A stretch of 64,000 nucleotides of DNA from Coriobacteriia bacterium (GTDB lineage Bacteria; Actinomycetota; Coriobacteriia; Coriobacteriales; UMGS124). Location of the stretch: positions 2,134 to 66,133 of the forward strand of contig CAWVLT010000047.1 of assembly GCA_963930185.1 (NCBI GenBank), given 5' to 3'. The notes beneath the pieces were generated by a model, which worked only from the letters and a program-made list of their open reading frames with translations, was not told the origin of the DNA and ran no database searches. Shown here piece after piece: positions 45,876 through 53,605 of this stretch. Positions within the stretch are counted from its first letter, which is position 1; each line of letters begins with the position of its first letter. Position numbers and translations under genes: made by a program.

Positions 45876-47156
45876 ATGTACGAGACGCTCGAGCGGCTTG
45901 TCAGGGCGCTTGCGGGCGGCAGCAGGAACGGCACGCTGAACTACCAGCCGGTCGAGGCGTGGGACGTGGGCGACGATCCGCTGCGAGTGACCTCGGGAGC
46001 GCTGTTCGCCGCGATGTTTCCCGAGCTGAGCGGCCGTGGCCGCCATCCAGCGCAGCTCTATCGCAACTATCCTCACGACCGCAGCCGCTTGTGCGTGGAG
46101 TTCGCCCGCCAGCAGGGGCTCAACGACTGGGAGAGCCCCTCGCCCATGCGCATCGCGCGCGTCGTGTACGAGATCGTTCTCTCCGCCGCCCCGCCCACGT
46201 TCTGGGCGAGCTGCAACGGGCTTGACCGGAGGGGCGACCCGTGGGCCTGCCAGCTGGTCACCTCCGAGCTCATCGAGGAGATGGCCGACGCGTTTCTCGC
46301 CCAGGGGGACGCCAAGGTGCGGGTGGAGTCGTTCAAGGCAAGTGCGACCGACCTGCGCGCGAAGGCCGCGGTTGAGATCGACGCGTGGTGCCGGGAACGC
46401 GCCCGCGTGCTTGGGGGCGCGCCCGCCGCGTCTGGCAAGACGTGGGAGAGCATGTGGGACCAGGTGGTGCGCGACAGCCGGCGCTGGCGGGAGATCGCGG
46501 GCGACATGGTGGCGCACCTGCTGCTGAGCTGCCTGTGCGGGCCCGATGCATACCGCACCGAGCTCGTCTCGGCGTCCCGGGCGTGCGGCCGCGCCGGCGA
46601 CGCGCTGGCAGCGCTGCGCACGCGCGCCCCCTCGGCAGACGCGGCCTGCCCTCTCTCGGGGGCACGGGCGGATGCGGACGCAGCGCCTGCGGGCCGCTGG
46701 TCACTCGAGGTCGTGCACTTCGACCGGGGCGTCTGCGGGTACTCGACCGAGGGCATGTCGTATGGGTACGCCGCCGGCGACTGCGTGTGGGTGGGGCGCG
46801 ACGTCGAGGTGTACGGCGAGGGTGGGGTCGCCAACATCGTGACGAGCAACGCCTGGGTGAGCAAGCGCCATGCCCGGATCGCGAGCGGTTCCGCCCCGGG
46901 CGGGGGCGTGGCGTGCGTGCTGGACGACGTTTCCAGCGGCGGCACGCTCATCCTCAGAAACCTCGGCTCGCTGGATGGCTCGCCCTGCGAGGCGCTGCCG
47001 GTGGGGGAGCGCTTCTCGGGGCCGGGGGATGGGGCCGTGCGGTCGCTTCCGCTCCAATCGGGCGACGTCATTGTGTTCGGGCCGCGCGTCGAGACGCGGG
47101 AGGTTCGCTTCATCCCGACCGGTCTGGAGTTCGCCCTGAGGTTCGTGGCGCGCTAA
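45876..47156 (+). CDS. FHA-domain protein with ~300-aa unrecognised N-terminal domain
   Basis: C-terminal VWVGRDVEV...NAWVSKRHARI...LDDVSSGGTLILRN...LQSGDVIVFG fits the FHA pattern (GR...SR.HA...NGT..N). Confidence 0.7.
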   Translation: MYETLERLVRALAGGSRNGTLNYQPVEAWDVGDDPLRVTSGALFAAMFPELSGRGRHPAQLYRNYPHDRSRLCVEFARQQGLNDWESPSPMRIARVVYEIVLSAAPPTFWASCNGLDRRGDPWACQLVTSELIEEMADAFLAQGDAKVRVESFKASATDLRAKAAVEIDAWCRERARVLGGAPAASGKTWESMWDQVVRDSRRWREIAGDMVAHLLLSCLCGPDAYRTELVSASRACGRAGDALAALRTRAPSADAACPLSGARADADAAPAGRWSLEVVHFDRGVCGYSTEGMSYGYAAGDCVWVGRDVEVYGEGGVANIVTSNAWVSKRHARIASGSAPGGGVACVLDDVSSGGTLILRNLGSLDGSPCEALPVGERFSGPGDGAVRSLPLQSGDVIVFGPRVETREVRFIPTGLEFALRFVAR

Positions 47157-47245
47157 ACTGTCACGTGCGGCGCGTGCGCCTCGCACGGGCGCGGCGCATG
47201 TCGATGGGAGGGCGCGGCAGGCCGGCGTGCCGGGGAGGGAGTGCC

Positions 47246-48790
47246 ATGCAGGGGACGTACATCGTCGAATCGGCCGAGTGCGCCGAGGCGCGGCCGGGCG
47301 GGCGCTATGAGCTGGGGCGGCCCGTCGGCGAGGGCAGCTGTGGAAGGACGTTCGAGGTCGTCGGGACGGGCGAGCCCTACGTGGTCAAGCTATTCGTCGG
47401 CGCGCCTGCCGGCCTGTTGCCCGTGGCCGCGCAGGGCGACGCGCGCGCCCTGCGCGACAACGAGGTGCGCAAGCTCATGCCCCTGCGGGAGCAGGCCATC
47501 GGGGCCGCCGACGCCGCACACTTCCCCCAGCTCCACTCGACGGGCGTGGTGGTCTCGGGCGACGCGGCGGGGATGCCGGCGTTCATGATGAGCAGGATGC
47601 GCGGCCGCGCCCTGTCGGGGTGCGTCGACGAGCTGTCAGGGGCCATCGGCGGCGTGCCCACCGCCCAGGCGCTGCTCGCGCTGCTGCGCTGCGCCCTGCG
47701 CCCGCTGGCGGTTCTCGAACGCGTGGGCATCGTCCACGGCGACTTGAACCTGGGAAACGTCTTCGTCGAGCTGGCCGAGGGCCCCGACGGCGCCGCGCAG
47801 CCCGTCTGGGTCGGACTCGTGGACCTGGGGGCGGCGCGGGGCGCGGGGCTGCTCACGACGCGCACGGGCGTGCCGAGCGTGCATGGGGCGGCCGCGTTCA
47901 CCGCCCCGGAGATACTCGATCCAGAAAGCGAGTACCACGAGGCGTACCACAAGGACCCCCGCGCCAACGTGTGGGCGCTGGCGTCTCTCGTCTACTATCT
48001 CAGGACCAGGCGGCCCTACATCGCCCACACGAGGCTGCGCCTGGGCGAGGCGAAAGGTGACGAGCCGGCGGCGCGCGCCCTGCTGGCCGAGGCCCTGACG
48101 ACGTGCCTGAGCGTTGATCCTCGCCGGCGCATGGGGGCGCGCGAGCTCATGGGGTATGTCGAGGCGCGCCATCCGCGCCCCACCTCGCCCGAGTCGCTGG
48201 CCACCGCACCCGCTACGCCTGCTCCCGACTCGCGGGACGAGGGGCGGCGCGTACCGATGGCGCAGGCCGGCGCCGCCCTGTACTCGGACGGGACGCTCGT
48301 GCTGGGTGGCGCCGACCTTGCCTCCTGCCGTGACGGCGCGACGCTCGAGAGGGCGTGGGACCTCTCCGCGCTCGAGGCCGACCCGGCTGCCGTGCCGTGG
48401 GGCTCGCACGCCCACGGGGTGCGCCGAGTGGTCTGCGAGGCTCCGGTTGCGCCCACGAGCACGCGGGGCTGGTTTGCGAACATGGACGGCTGCGAGTCGA
48501 TGGACCTGTCACGCCTGGACTTCTCGCGCGTGTACGACGCAACGCGCATGTTCTCCGGGTGCGGCGCCCTGAGCGAGCTCGCGGGGCTCGACGCCTGGGA
48601 CACGTCCTCCCTGGAGTGCGCCGACCACATGTTCGCCGGCTGTCTGAGGCTGCCCCGCTCCGTCGTCTCCGACCTCGAACGCTGGGACGTCGGGCGGCTC
48701 AAGAGCAGCCTGGGCATGTTCACCGGCGCCGCCGCCTCGCTCGAGAAACCCCGGTTCTGGAGCACGAAGTACGGACGCTCCTTCATCTGA
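47246..48790 (+). CDS. Hanks-type Ser/Thr protein kinase fused to C-terminal DUF285/BspA-like leucine-rich repeats
   Basis: Part of ORF 46385..48790; start set at ATG 47246 behind GGGGAGGGA (47198 also possible). GEGSCGRTFEV..YVVKLF, IVHGDLNLGNVFV, VDLGAA, FTAPE. C-terminus MFSGCGALSELAGLDAWDTSSLECADHMFAGCLRL. Confidence 0.8.
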   Translation: MQGTYIVESAECAEARPGGRYELGRPVGEGSCGRTFEVVGTGEPYVVKLFVGAPAGLLPVAAQGDARALRDNEVRKLMPLREQAIGAADAAHFPQLHSTGVVVSGDAAGMPAFMMSRMRGRALSGCVDELSGAIGGVPTAQALLALLRCALRPLAVLERVGIVHGDLNLGNVFVELAEGPDGAAQPVWVGLVDLGAARGAGLLTTRTGVPSVHGAAAFTAPEILDPESEYHEAYHKDPRANVWALASLVYYLRTRRPYIAHTRLRLGEAKGDEPAARALLAEALTTCLSVDPRRRMGARELMGYVEARHPRPTSPESLATAPATPAPDSRDEGRRVPMAQAGAALYSDGTLVLGGADLASCRDGATLERAWDLSALEADPAAVPWGSHAHGVRRVVCEAPVAPTSTRGWFANMDGCESMDLSRLDFSRVYDATRMFSGCGALSELAGLDAWDTSSLECADHMFAGCLRLPRSVVSDLERWDVGRLKSSLGMFTGAAASLEKPRFWSTKYGRSFI

Positions 48791-49885
48791 GGTCGTCGGG
48801 CGGGGCGTGGCGTCCCCAGGTGCGCTGGCCGTGCCGTCGCTTTCGCCTGCGTCGGCGCACCCATCGGTCGCGGGGGCCTCCTCGCCCTGCTCGCCTGGCT
48901 CCTGCACCATGGATGGGTAGGCCCTAGCGTCCCACTTGCGCTTGAGGCGACCCCAGTCCGGCTCGGCCAGCGTCCACGCCCGCGGCGCGGCGAGAGCCGC
49001 GTCGGCGTTGACGATGGCGGCCACGGAGCGGTCGTCGTACACGTCGCGCAGCAGGCTGTAGGCCCAGCCGTTGCGGATGACGCCGTCGAGCAGCTCGTCG
49101 GCGAGGGGGCCCGCCCCAAGGCGTTGCTCGTACACGCGGCGCAGGCGCGACCAGAACGCATCGGGCGAGAAGGTGGCGGGGCTGTCGAGCAGCGCCACCG
49201 CGCCCCTCGCGTCATCCTCGGTGAACGCTGCCGGGTCGGCGAGCCACAGGGCCAGCGGTGTGTAGACGGTCTCGCTCTCGTCGGGGAGGGGATCCCCGCA
49301 GCGCAGCAGGTAGGGCCTGAGAGCGGCGAGCACGCCGTCGGTCGCGAGCAGCACGCCTACCAGGGGCGTCTTGCACACGCCGATTTCCCAGGTGTCGCAG
49401 CCAAAGCGCAGAGGGATGACCGAGGTCCCATCCTCGCCGTGGTGCGCGACCGTCACGGGGATCGTCGCGCCGTCGGCCGTGATGCCAACGATGCCGGAGT
49501 CACCGGCGTGACCGTAGTACAGGCGCCGCTCCTGCGCGTCGTAGAGGCCGAGCGTCAGCGTGGTGTCGTACGTCTCGAGGGGCTCCCCGCTGTGCCGCGC
49601 CTCGCGGGCAACGGCCCCCAGCGCGTGCTCGAACGCGAGCATGATGAGCGAGCACAGCGCGACGGGCCTGCGCTCGTGGGGCAGGTGCTCCCTGCAGAAG
49701 CCCAGCGCGGCCGACCCGGCGATGCGCGACCCTGCCGCCGAGTTGGGGGCGCTGCCCACGCCGTCGCTGACCACGGCGAGGTACCAGCGCTCGTCAATCC
49801 CCTCGGTGCCGCTCCAGTCCTGGCATTCCGTCCCGTTCACGGCATGCAGGGTTCCTCGGACGCTACGACAATACGTGTGGATCAT
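48509..49885 (-). CDS. PP2C-family Ser/Thr protein phosphatase
   Basis: NGTECQDW...YLAVVSDGVGSAPNS, GHAGDSGIVG, VLLATDGV. The last ~93 codons are antisense to the kinase gene's 3' end; no stop occurs before 48509. Confidence 0.8.
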   Translation of the reverse strand: MIHTYCRSVRGTLHAVNGTECQDWSGTEGIDERWYLAVVSDGVGSAPNSAAGSRIAGSAALGFCREHLPHERRPVALCSLIMLAFEHALGAVAREARHSGEPLETYDTTLTLGLYDAQERRLYYGHAGDSGIVGITADGATIPVTVAHHGEDGTSVIPLRFGCDTWEIGVCKTPLVGVLLATDGVLAALRPYLLRCGDPLPDESETVYTPLALWLADPAAFTEDDARGAVALLDSPATFSPDAFWSRLRRVYEQRLGAGPLADELLDGVIRNGWAYSLLRDVYDDRSVAAIVNADAALAAPRAWTLAEPDWGRLKRKWDARAYPSMVQEPGEQGEEAPATDGCADAGESDGTASAPGDATPRPTTSDEGASVLRAPEPGFLERGGGAGEHAQAALEPPDVPAFEVGDDGAGQPQTAGEHVVGALQGGRVPGVEPRELAQGAAPGEHARCVVHAREVQA

Positions 49886-49894
49886 CGTGACTCC

Positions 49895-50659
49895 CTAGAG
49901 GTTGGCGTACCAGGCATTGGGGATGGGGCGCTCCACGACCTCGAGCGCCTCGGGCAGCGGGGCGACCTGCGGCGTGGTGCCGGTGTGCGTGACGCTGATG
50001 ACCTTGGTGTTCTGCGCCAGCCACTTGAAGAACTCCGAGTAGTCGTGGTTGGCGAGCCTGAGCACGCGCGGGGTCAGGTCGAGGGCGACCGTCTCGGAGA
50101 AGCCGGGCGTGCCGATGAACCACGTGGCAAGACGGCCGTCCGCCTCGCGCTGGTGCGCCAGGGCGAACGCCTCCTTGTACTCGTCGGTGGGGGCGCCGTC
50201 GGAGATGACGACGACCCAGGGCGTGTGCTTGGGCGTGCCCATGTCGTCGTACATGTGCCCGCGCTCGATCGTCATGGTCACGGCCTTCTTCACGCCCGCC
50301 CCCATGGGCGTGCAGCCGCTGGCCTGCAGACGCGGCGCCTCGGACTGGCACACGGGGCGGAAGTCCTGCACGGTCTTGACCTCGTCGGAGCCGCCGAAGG
50401 TCACGATGGCCAGATCGGCGCGCCGGCGGGCGTACTGGTCGGATTTGACCGCGTCGATGAACTCGCCGACGGCGACGTTGATGTCGTCGATGTGAGCCGA
50501 GACCGACGAGGACACGTCGACGAGCAGAAGGATGGCGAAGTGCGTCTCGGTGGGGCTCACGGGCGGCAGCGCCAGGCCTGCGGTGCGCGGCGAGATCCCC
50601 TCGGGATAGGCGTCCTCGTAGATGGGGGTGACTTCGTAGGAATCGTAGGCGTTGCTCAT
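49895..50659 (-). CDS. von Willebrand factor A (vWA) domain protein, TerY-like
   Basis: ORF trimmed to ATG 50659 behind GAAAGGAAG. MIDAS LLLVDVSSSVS; AIVTFGGS; VVVISDGAPTD. The stop lies 9 nt before the PP2C start. Confidence 0.8.
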   Translation of the reverse strand: MSNAYDSYEVTPIYEDAYPEGISPRTAGLALPPVSPTETHFAILLLVDVSSSVSAHIDDINVAVGEFIDAVKSDQYARRRADLAIVTFGGSDEVKTVQDFRPVCQSEAPRLQASGCTPMGAGVKKAVTMTIERGHMYDDMGTPKHTPWVVVISDGAPTDEYKEAFALAHQREADGRLATWFIGTPGFSETVALDLTPRVLRLANHDYSEFFKWLAQNTKVISVTHTGTTPQVAPLPEALEVVERPIPNAWYANL

Positions 50660-50923
50660 GGTGCGCTTCCTTTCGCGTCGTGCCGCGGGGCCTTGCCCGC
50701 CGGCGTCCTTGCGTGCTTGGTACGACACGGATGGTAGGCGCGGGCGAGTGTTCGCGTAAAAGGGCGCTGTGCGCAAAGCGCCGCGTGACGAGTGCCACCG
50801 CCACGTCTAGGCTGCATGGCAGGTTGGCCCCGTCGCGCGCCGGCCGGCCTGCCATGCGGATGCCCGGCGCGTGGGGGCGATATGAGGAAGGCCACGCGTT
50901 GAGCCATATGGTCTGGAGGCGCC

Positions 50924-52342
50924 ATGTCCGCAACGAGCGGGTTCGTGAGATACAGGGGTGCGAGCGGGCGTTCGTACGAGCTTGCGGCGAAGCCCTTCAA
51001 CAGCGGTGCGGAGGCCGAGGTGCTTGACGTGCGCGGCAGGCCCGACCTCGTCGCCAAGGTGTACTTCAAGCCGCTCGGCGCGCGCAGGCGCAAGGTCGAG
51101 GCCATGGTGCGCTCGGTGCCTGACAAGGACATGCAGGCCCACCTTGCTTGGCCGCTCGACGCGCTGTATCGCCCGGACGGCGCGTTTGCGGGATTTGTCA
51201 TGAGGCGCTGCGCGGCCAACGGGATCGAGCTGGGCATGCTCTACGAACCCGCCGACGCCCGCGCCCATGGGTTTGACTTTGGCAAGCAGCTGGGAGTCGC
51301 CGGCATGCTGAGCGACATCACCGCGTGCCTGCATGCGCGTGGCGTGTGCATCGGCGACTTCAACCCCCGCAACGTGTTGGTATTCCTGGAGGCGCGGGGC
51401 CTTGACCTCGCCGTCATCGACAACGACTCGTTTGCCTTTGCCGACGCGGGCGGCTGCTCCTACCCGTGCCTGGGGTGGACGCCCGAGTTTTCCGCGCCCG
51501 AGGTGCATGCCGCGGCGGCGGGCGGGGCGAGAGACTTTGGCCACAGCATCGAGGGCGACAGGTTCGCGCTTGCCGTGCACGTCTTCAAGCTCCTGATGGC
51601 GGGCTGCCACCCGTTCGACACCCGGCTCGTGGATCGGTCGGCCAAACGTCCCAGCACGGAGGAGGCCATCAGGCAGGGCGTCTTCGTGTACGAGCGCCCT
51701 GTGCGCGGGCTCGCCGCCCCGCTGCATGCCCCCGAGTACGGTTATCTGCCCAAGGACGTTCGTCGGCTGTTCGCCCGTGCCTTCCTTGGAAAGCCGCACG
51801 AGCGCCCGACGGCGCGCGAGTGGTGCCAGGCGCTGGAGCGCATGGCGGCGGGCGGCCTTTCGAGCTGCCCGCGGGGACATCGCTACCCCAGCTCGGCCGC
51901 CACATGCCCATGGTGTGACCTGGAGGCGCGCAGGGCGAAGGCGATGGGCAGGTACGTCGCCGCCACGGCAACGAAGGCGAGTCGCGCTGGTGCGCGTGGC
52001 GGGGCGGGCTCTCGCGGAAGTACCCGCGCCGCAGGTACCTCGTCGGGCCCGGCCCGTGCGACGGGCATGCCCTCGTCCGGTGGAAGGGCCGCCGCCAGAC
52101 CGGGGACACGCCGCCGCCTGATCGCCTGGTGCCTCGGCATCCTGCTGGTGCTCGGGACACTCAACAGCTGCGTGTCGGGGATGTCGGTGGACCTGCACGC
52201 CCCCTCGCAGGACGGCGCGGATGTCGGCGCGCAGCAGGGGGCGATAGCAGGTCAGCCGTCACCTGATCAGGCAGACCAGGCAACGGCCGACGCGGGTCAC
52301 GCACGGACTGTCATCGAGACGATCATCACGCCAAGCGGGTGA
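50924..52342 (+). CDS. Atypical Ser/Thr kinase (YegI-like) with zinc-ribbon-like motif, low-complexity linker and one C-terminal TM helix
   Basis: ATG behind TGGAGG. LVAKVYF, CIGDFNPRNVLV, VIDNDSF, FSAPEV, DRFALAVHVFKLLM. CPRGH...CPWC. TM LIAWCLGILLVLGTL. Confidence 0.7.
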   Translation: MSATSGFVRYRGASGRSYELAAKPFNSGAEAEVLDVRGRPDLVAKVYFKPLGARRRKVEAMVRSVPDKDMQAHLAWPLDALYRPDGAFAGFVMRRCAANGIELGMLYEPADARAHGFDFGKQLGVAGMLSDITACLHARGVCIGDFNPRNVLVFLEARGLDLAVIDNDSFAFADAGGCSYPCLGWTPEFSAPEVHAAAAGGARDFGHSIEGDRFALAVHVFKLLMAGCHPFDTRLVDRSAKRPSTEEAIRQGVFVYERPVRGLAAPLHAPEYGYLPKDVRRLFARAFLGKPHERPTAREWCQALERMAAGGLSSCPRGHRYPSSAATCPWCDLEARRAKAMGRYVAATATKASRAGARGGAGSRGSTRAAGTSSGPARATGMPSSGGRAAARPGTRRRLIAWCLGILLVLGTLNSCVSGMSVDLHAPSQDGADVGAQQGAIAGQPSPDQADQATADAGHARTVIETIITPSG

Positions 52343-52350
52343 CGGCGCTG

Positions 52351-53382
52351 CTACTCCTCGGGCATCTCGCGCTGCAGCTTGCGCTGGCGCTCCACGTGGG
52401 CGAGGTCCTCGGCCTCGATGAAGATGCGTGTGGTCTGGGGGAAGCGTGCTGAAAGCGCCGCCTCGATGCGGTCGACGGCTGCGAGCACCTCGTCGCCGGA
52501 GAGGCCCGGCTTGAACTTGGCGTCCACGGTCATGAGCATGCTCTCCGGGCCGAAGTACATCGTGAGCACCCGTCCGGTCTCGGCAACCGCATCCTCGGCC
52601 TCGACGATGCCGCGGGCCTCCACAAGCTCGGCGCGCGTCATGCCCTCGCCCACGAGCAGGCCCTTGGACTCGCGCAGCATCACCACGGCCACGCACATCA
52701 GCAGAAGGCCGATGAGGATCGAGGCGATGCCGTCGAGGTAGGGGTTGCCCGTGAGATGCCCCAGGAACAGGCCGAGCAGGGCGAACACCAGGCCGAGCTC
52801 GGCGGCGCTGTCCTCGAGCAGCACGGTGTAGAGGCTGGGGTCCTTGCAGTCCTTGATGAACTGCATGGGGCTCTTCTCGCCGCGCGCGGCGTTGAACTGC
52901 TTCACGGCCACGGCCAGCGAGGTGCCCTCGATGATCATGGCGGCGATGAGCACGATGTAGCTCATGGTGGGGTCGCCCAGCTCGACGGTGCCGGCCGCCG
53001 CGTCGCGCACCGCCTGGATGCCCTTCATGAGCGAGACGCCGCCGCCCAGCGCGAACACCGAGACGGACACCACGAGCGTCCAGAAGTAAAGCTCCTTGCC
53101 AAAGCCAAAGGGGTGCTCGATGGTGGGCTTCTTCTTGGAGGAGCGCAGGCCCCACAGCACCAGCATGCCGTTGCCCGAGTCCACGATGGAGTGGATGCCC
53201 TCGGAGATCATGGCCGCCGATCCGGAGATGCCCGCGGCGATGAACTTGACGATGCCCACCAGGATGTTCGCGGCGATTGCGGCGAACACCGAGGCGGTCG
53301 ATCCGTGCCCGCCGTTCTTGGCGGGCTGGCTATCGCCCGAGGCGGGCGCTGCTGTGGTTGTCATTGGTGCTGGCTCGGCCAT
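52351..53382 (-). CDS. Cation diffusion facilitator (CDF) family metal efflux transporter
   Basis: Six TM helices. SAAMISEGIHSIVDSGN and ELGLVFALLG segments. Cytoplasmic C-terminal domain. Confidence 0.85.
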   Translation of the reverse strand: MAEPAPMTTTAAPASGDSQPAKNGGHGSTASVFAAIAANILVGIVKFIAAGISGSAAMISEGIHSIVDSGNGMLVLWGLRSSKKKPTIEHPFGFGKELYFWTLVVSVSVFALGGGVSLMKGIQAVRDAAAGTVELGDPTMSYIVLIAAMIIEGTSLAVAVKQFNAARGEKSPMQFIKDCKDPSLYTVLLEDSAAELGLVFALLGLFLGHLTGNPYLDGIASILIGLLLMCVAVVMLRESKGLLVGEGMTRAELVEARGIVEAEDAVAETGRVLTMYFGPESMLMTVDAKFKPGLSGDEVLAAVDRIEAALSARFPQTTRIFIEAEDLAHVERQRKLQREMPEE

Positions 53383-53605
53383 GGTCTACCTTTCCTGCTC
53401 CTTCGTCTGCGCCTCCTCCCGTTGGTGTCCGGGAGGAGGCGGCGAGTTCAAAACGTGCAGACGAATGGTACTCCTTTTGGCATTGGCGTCGCCCGCACCG
53501 ACCCCGCCTAATGTGTTTTTCATGCCAAATAACAAAACGTGAGGTCGGGATCGACGATCTAGCCATGTTTATTGAACTTCTGATTGAAGCAGAGACGAAA
53601 AGCGA

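Noticed and set aside
44844-46517. 557-aa minus-strand ORF
   Set aside because: Antisense to the radical SAM and FHA genes. Very Arg/Ala/Gly/His-rich, with no motifs.
46385-47245. N-terminal 287-codon extension of the kinase ORF
   Set aside because: It overlaps the FHA gene in another frame with Arg/Gly/Pro-rich composition. The kinase glycine loop begins right after ATG 47246, which has an SD.
49124-50737. 537-aa plus-strand ORF
   Set aside because: Antisense to the PP2C and vWA genes, which carry clear catalytic/MIDAS motifs.
50807-52198. 463-aa minus-strand ORF
   Set aside because: Antisense to the atypical kinase. Arg/Ala/Gly/Pro-rich shadow frame.
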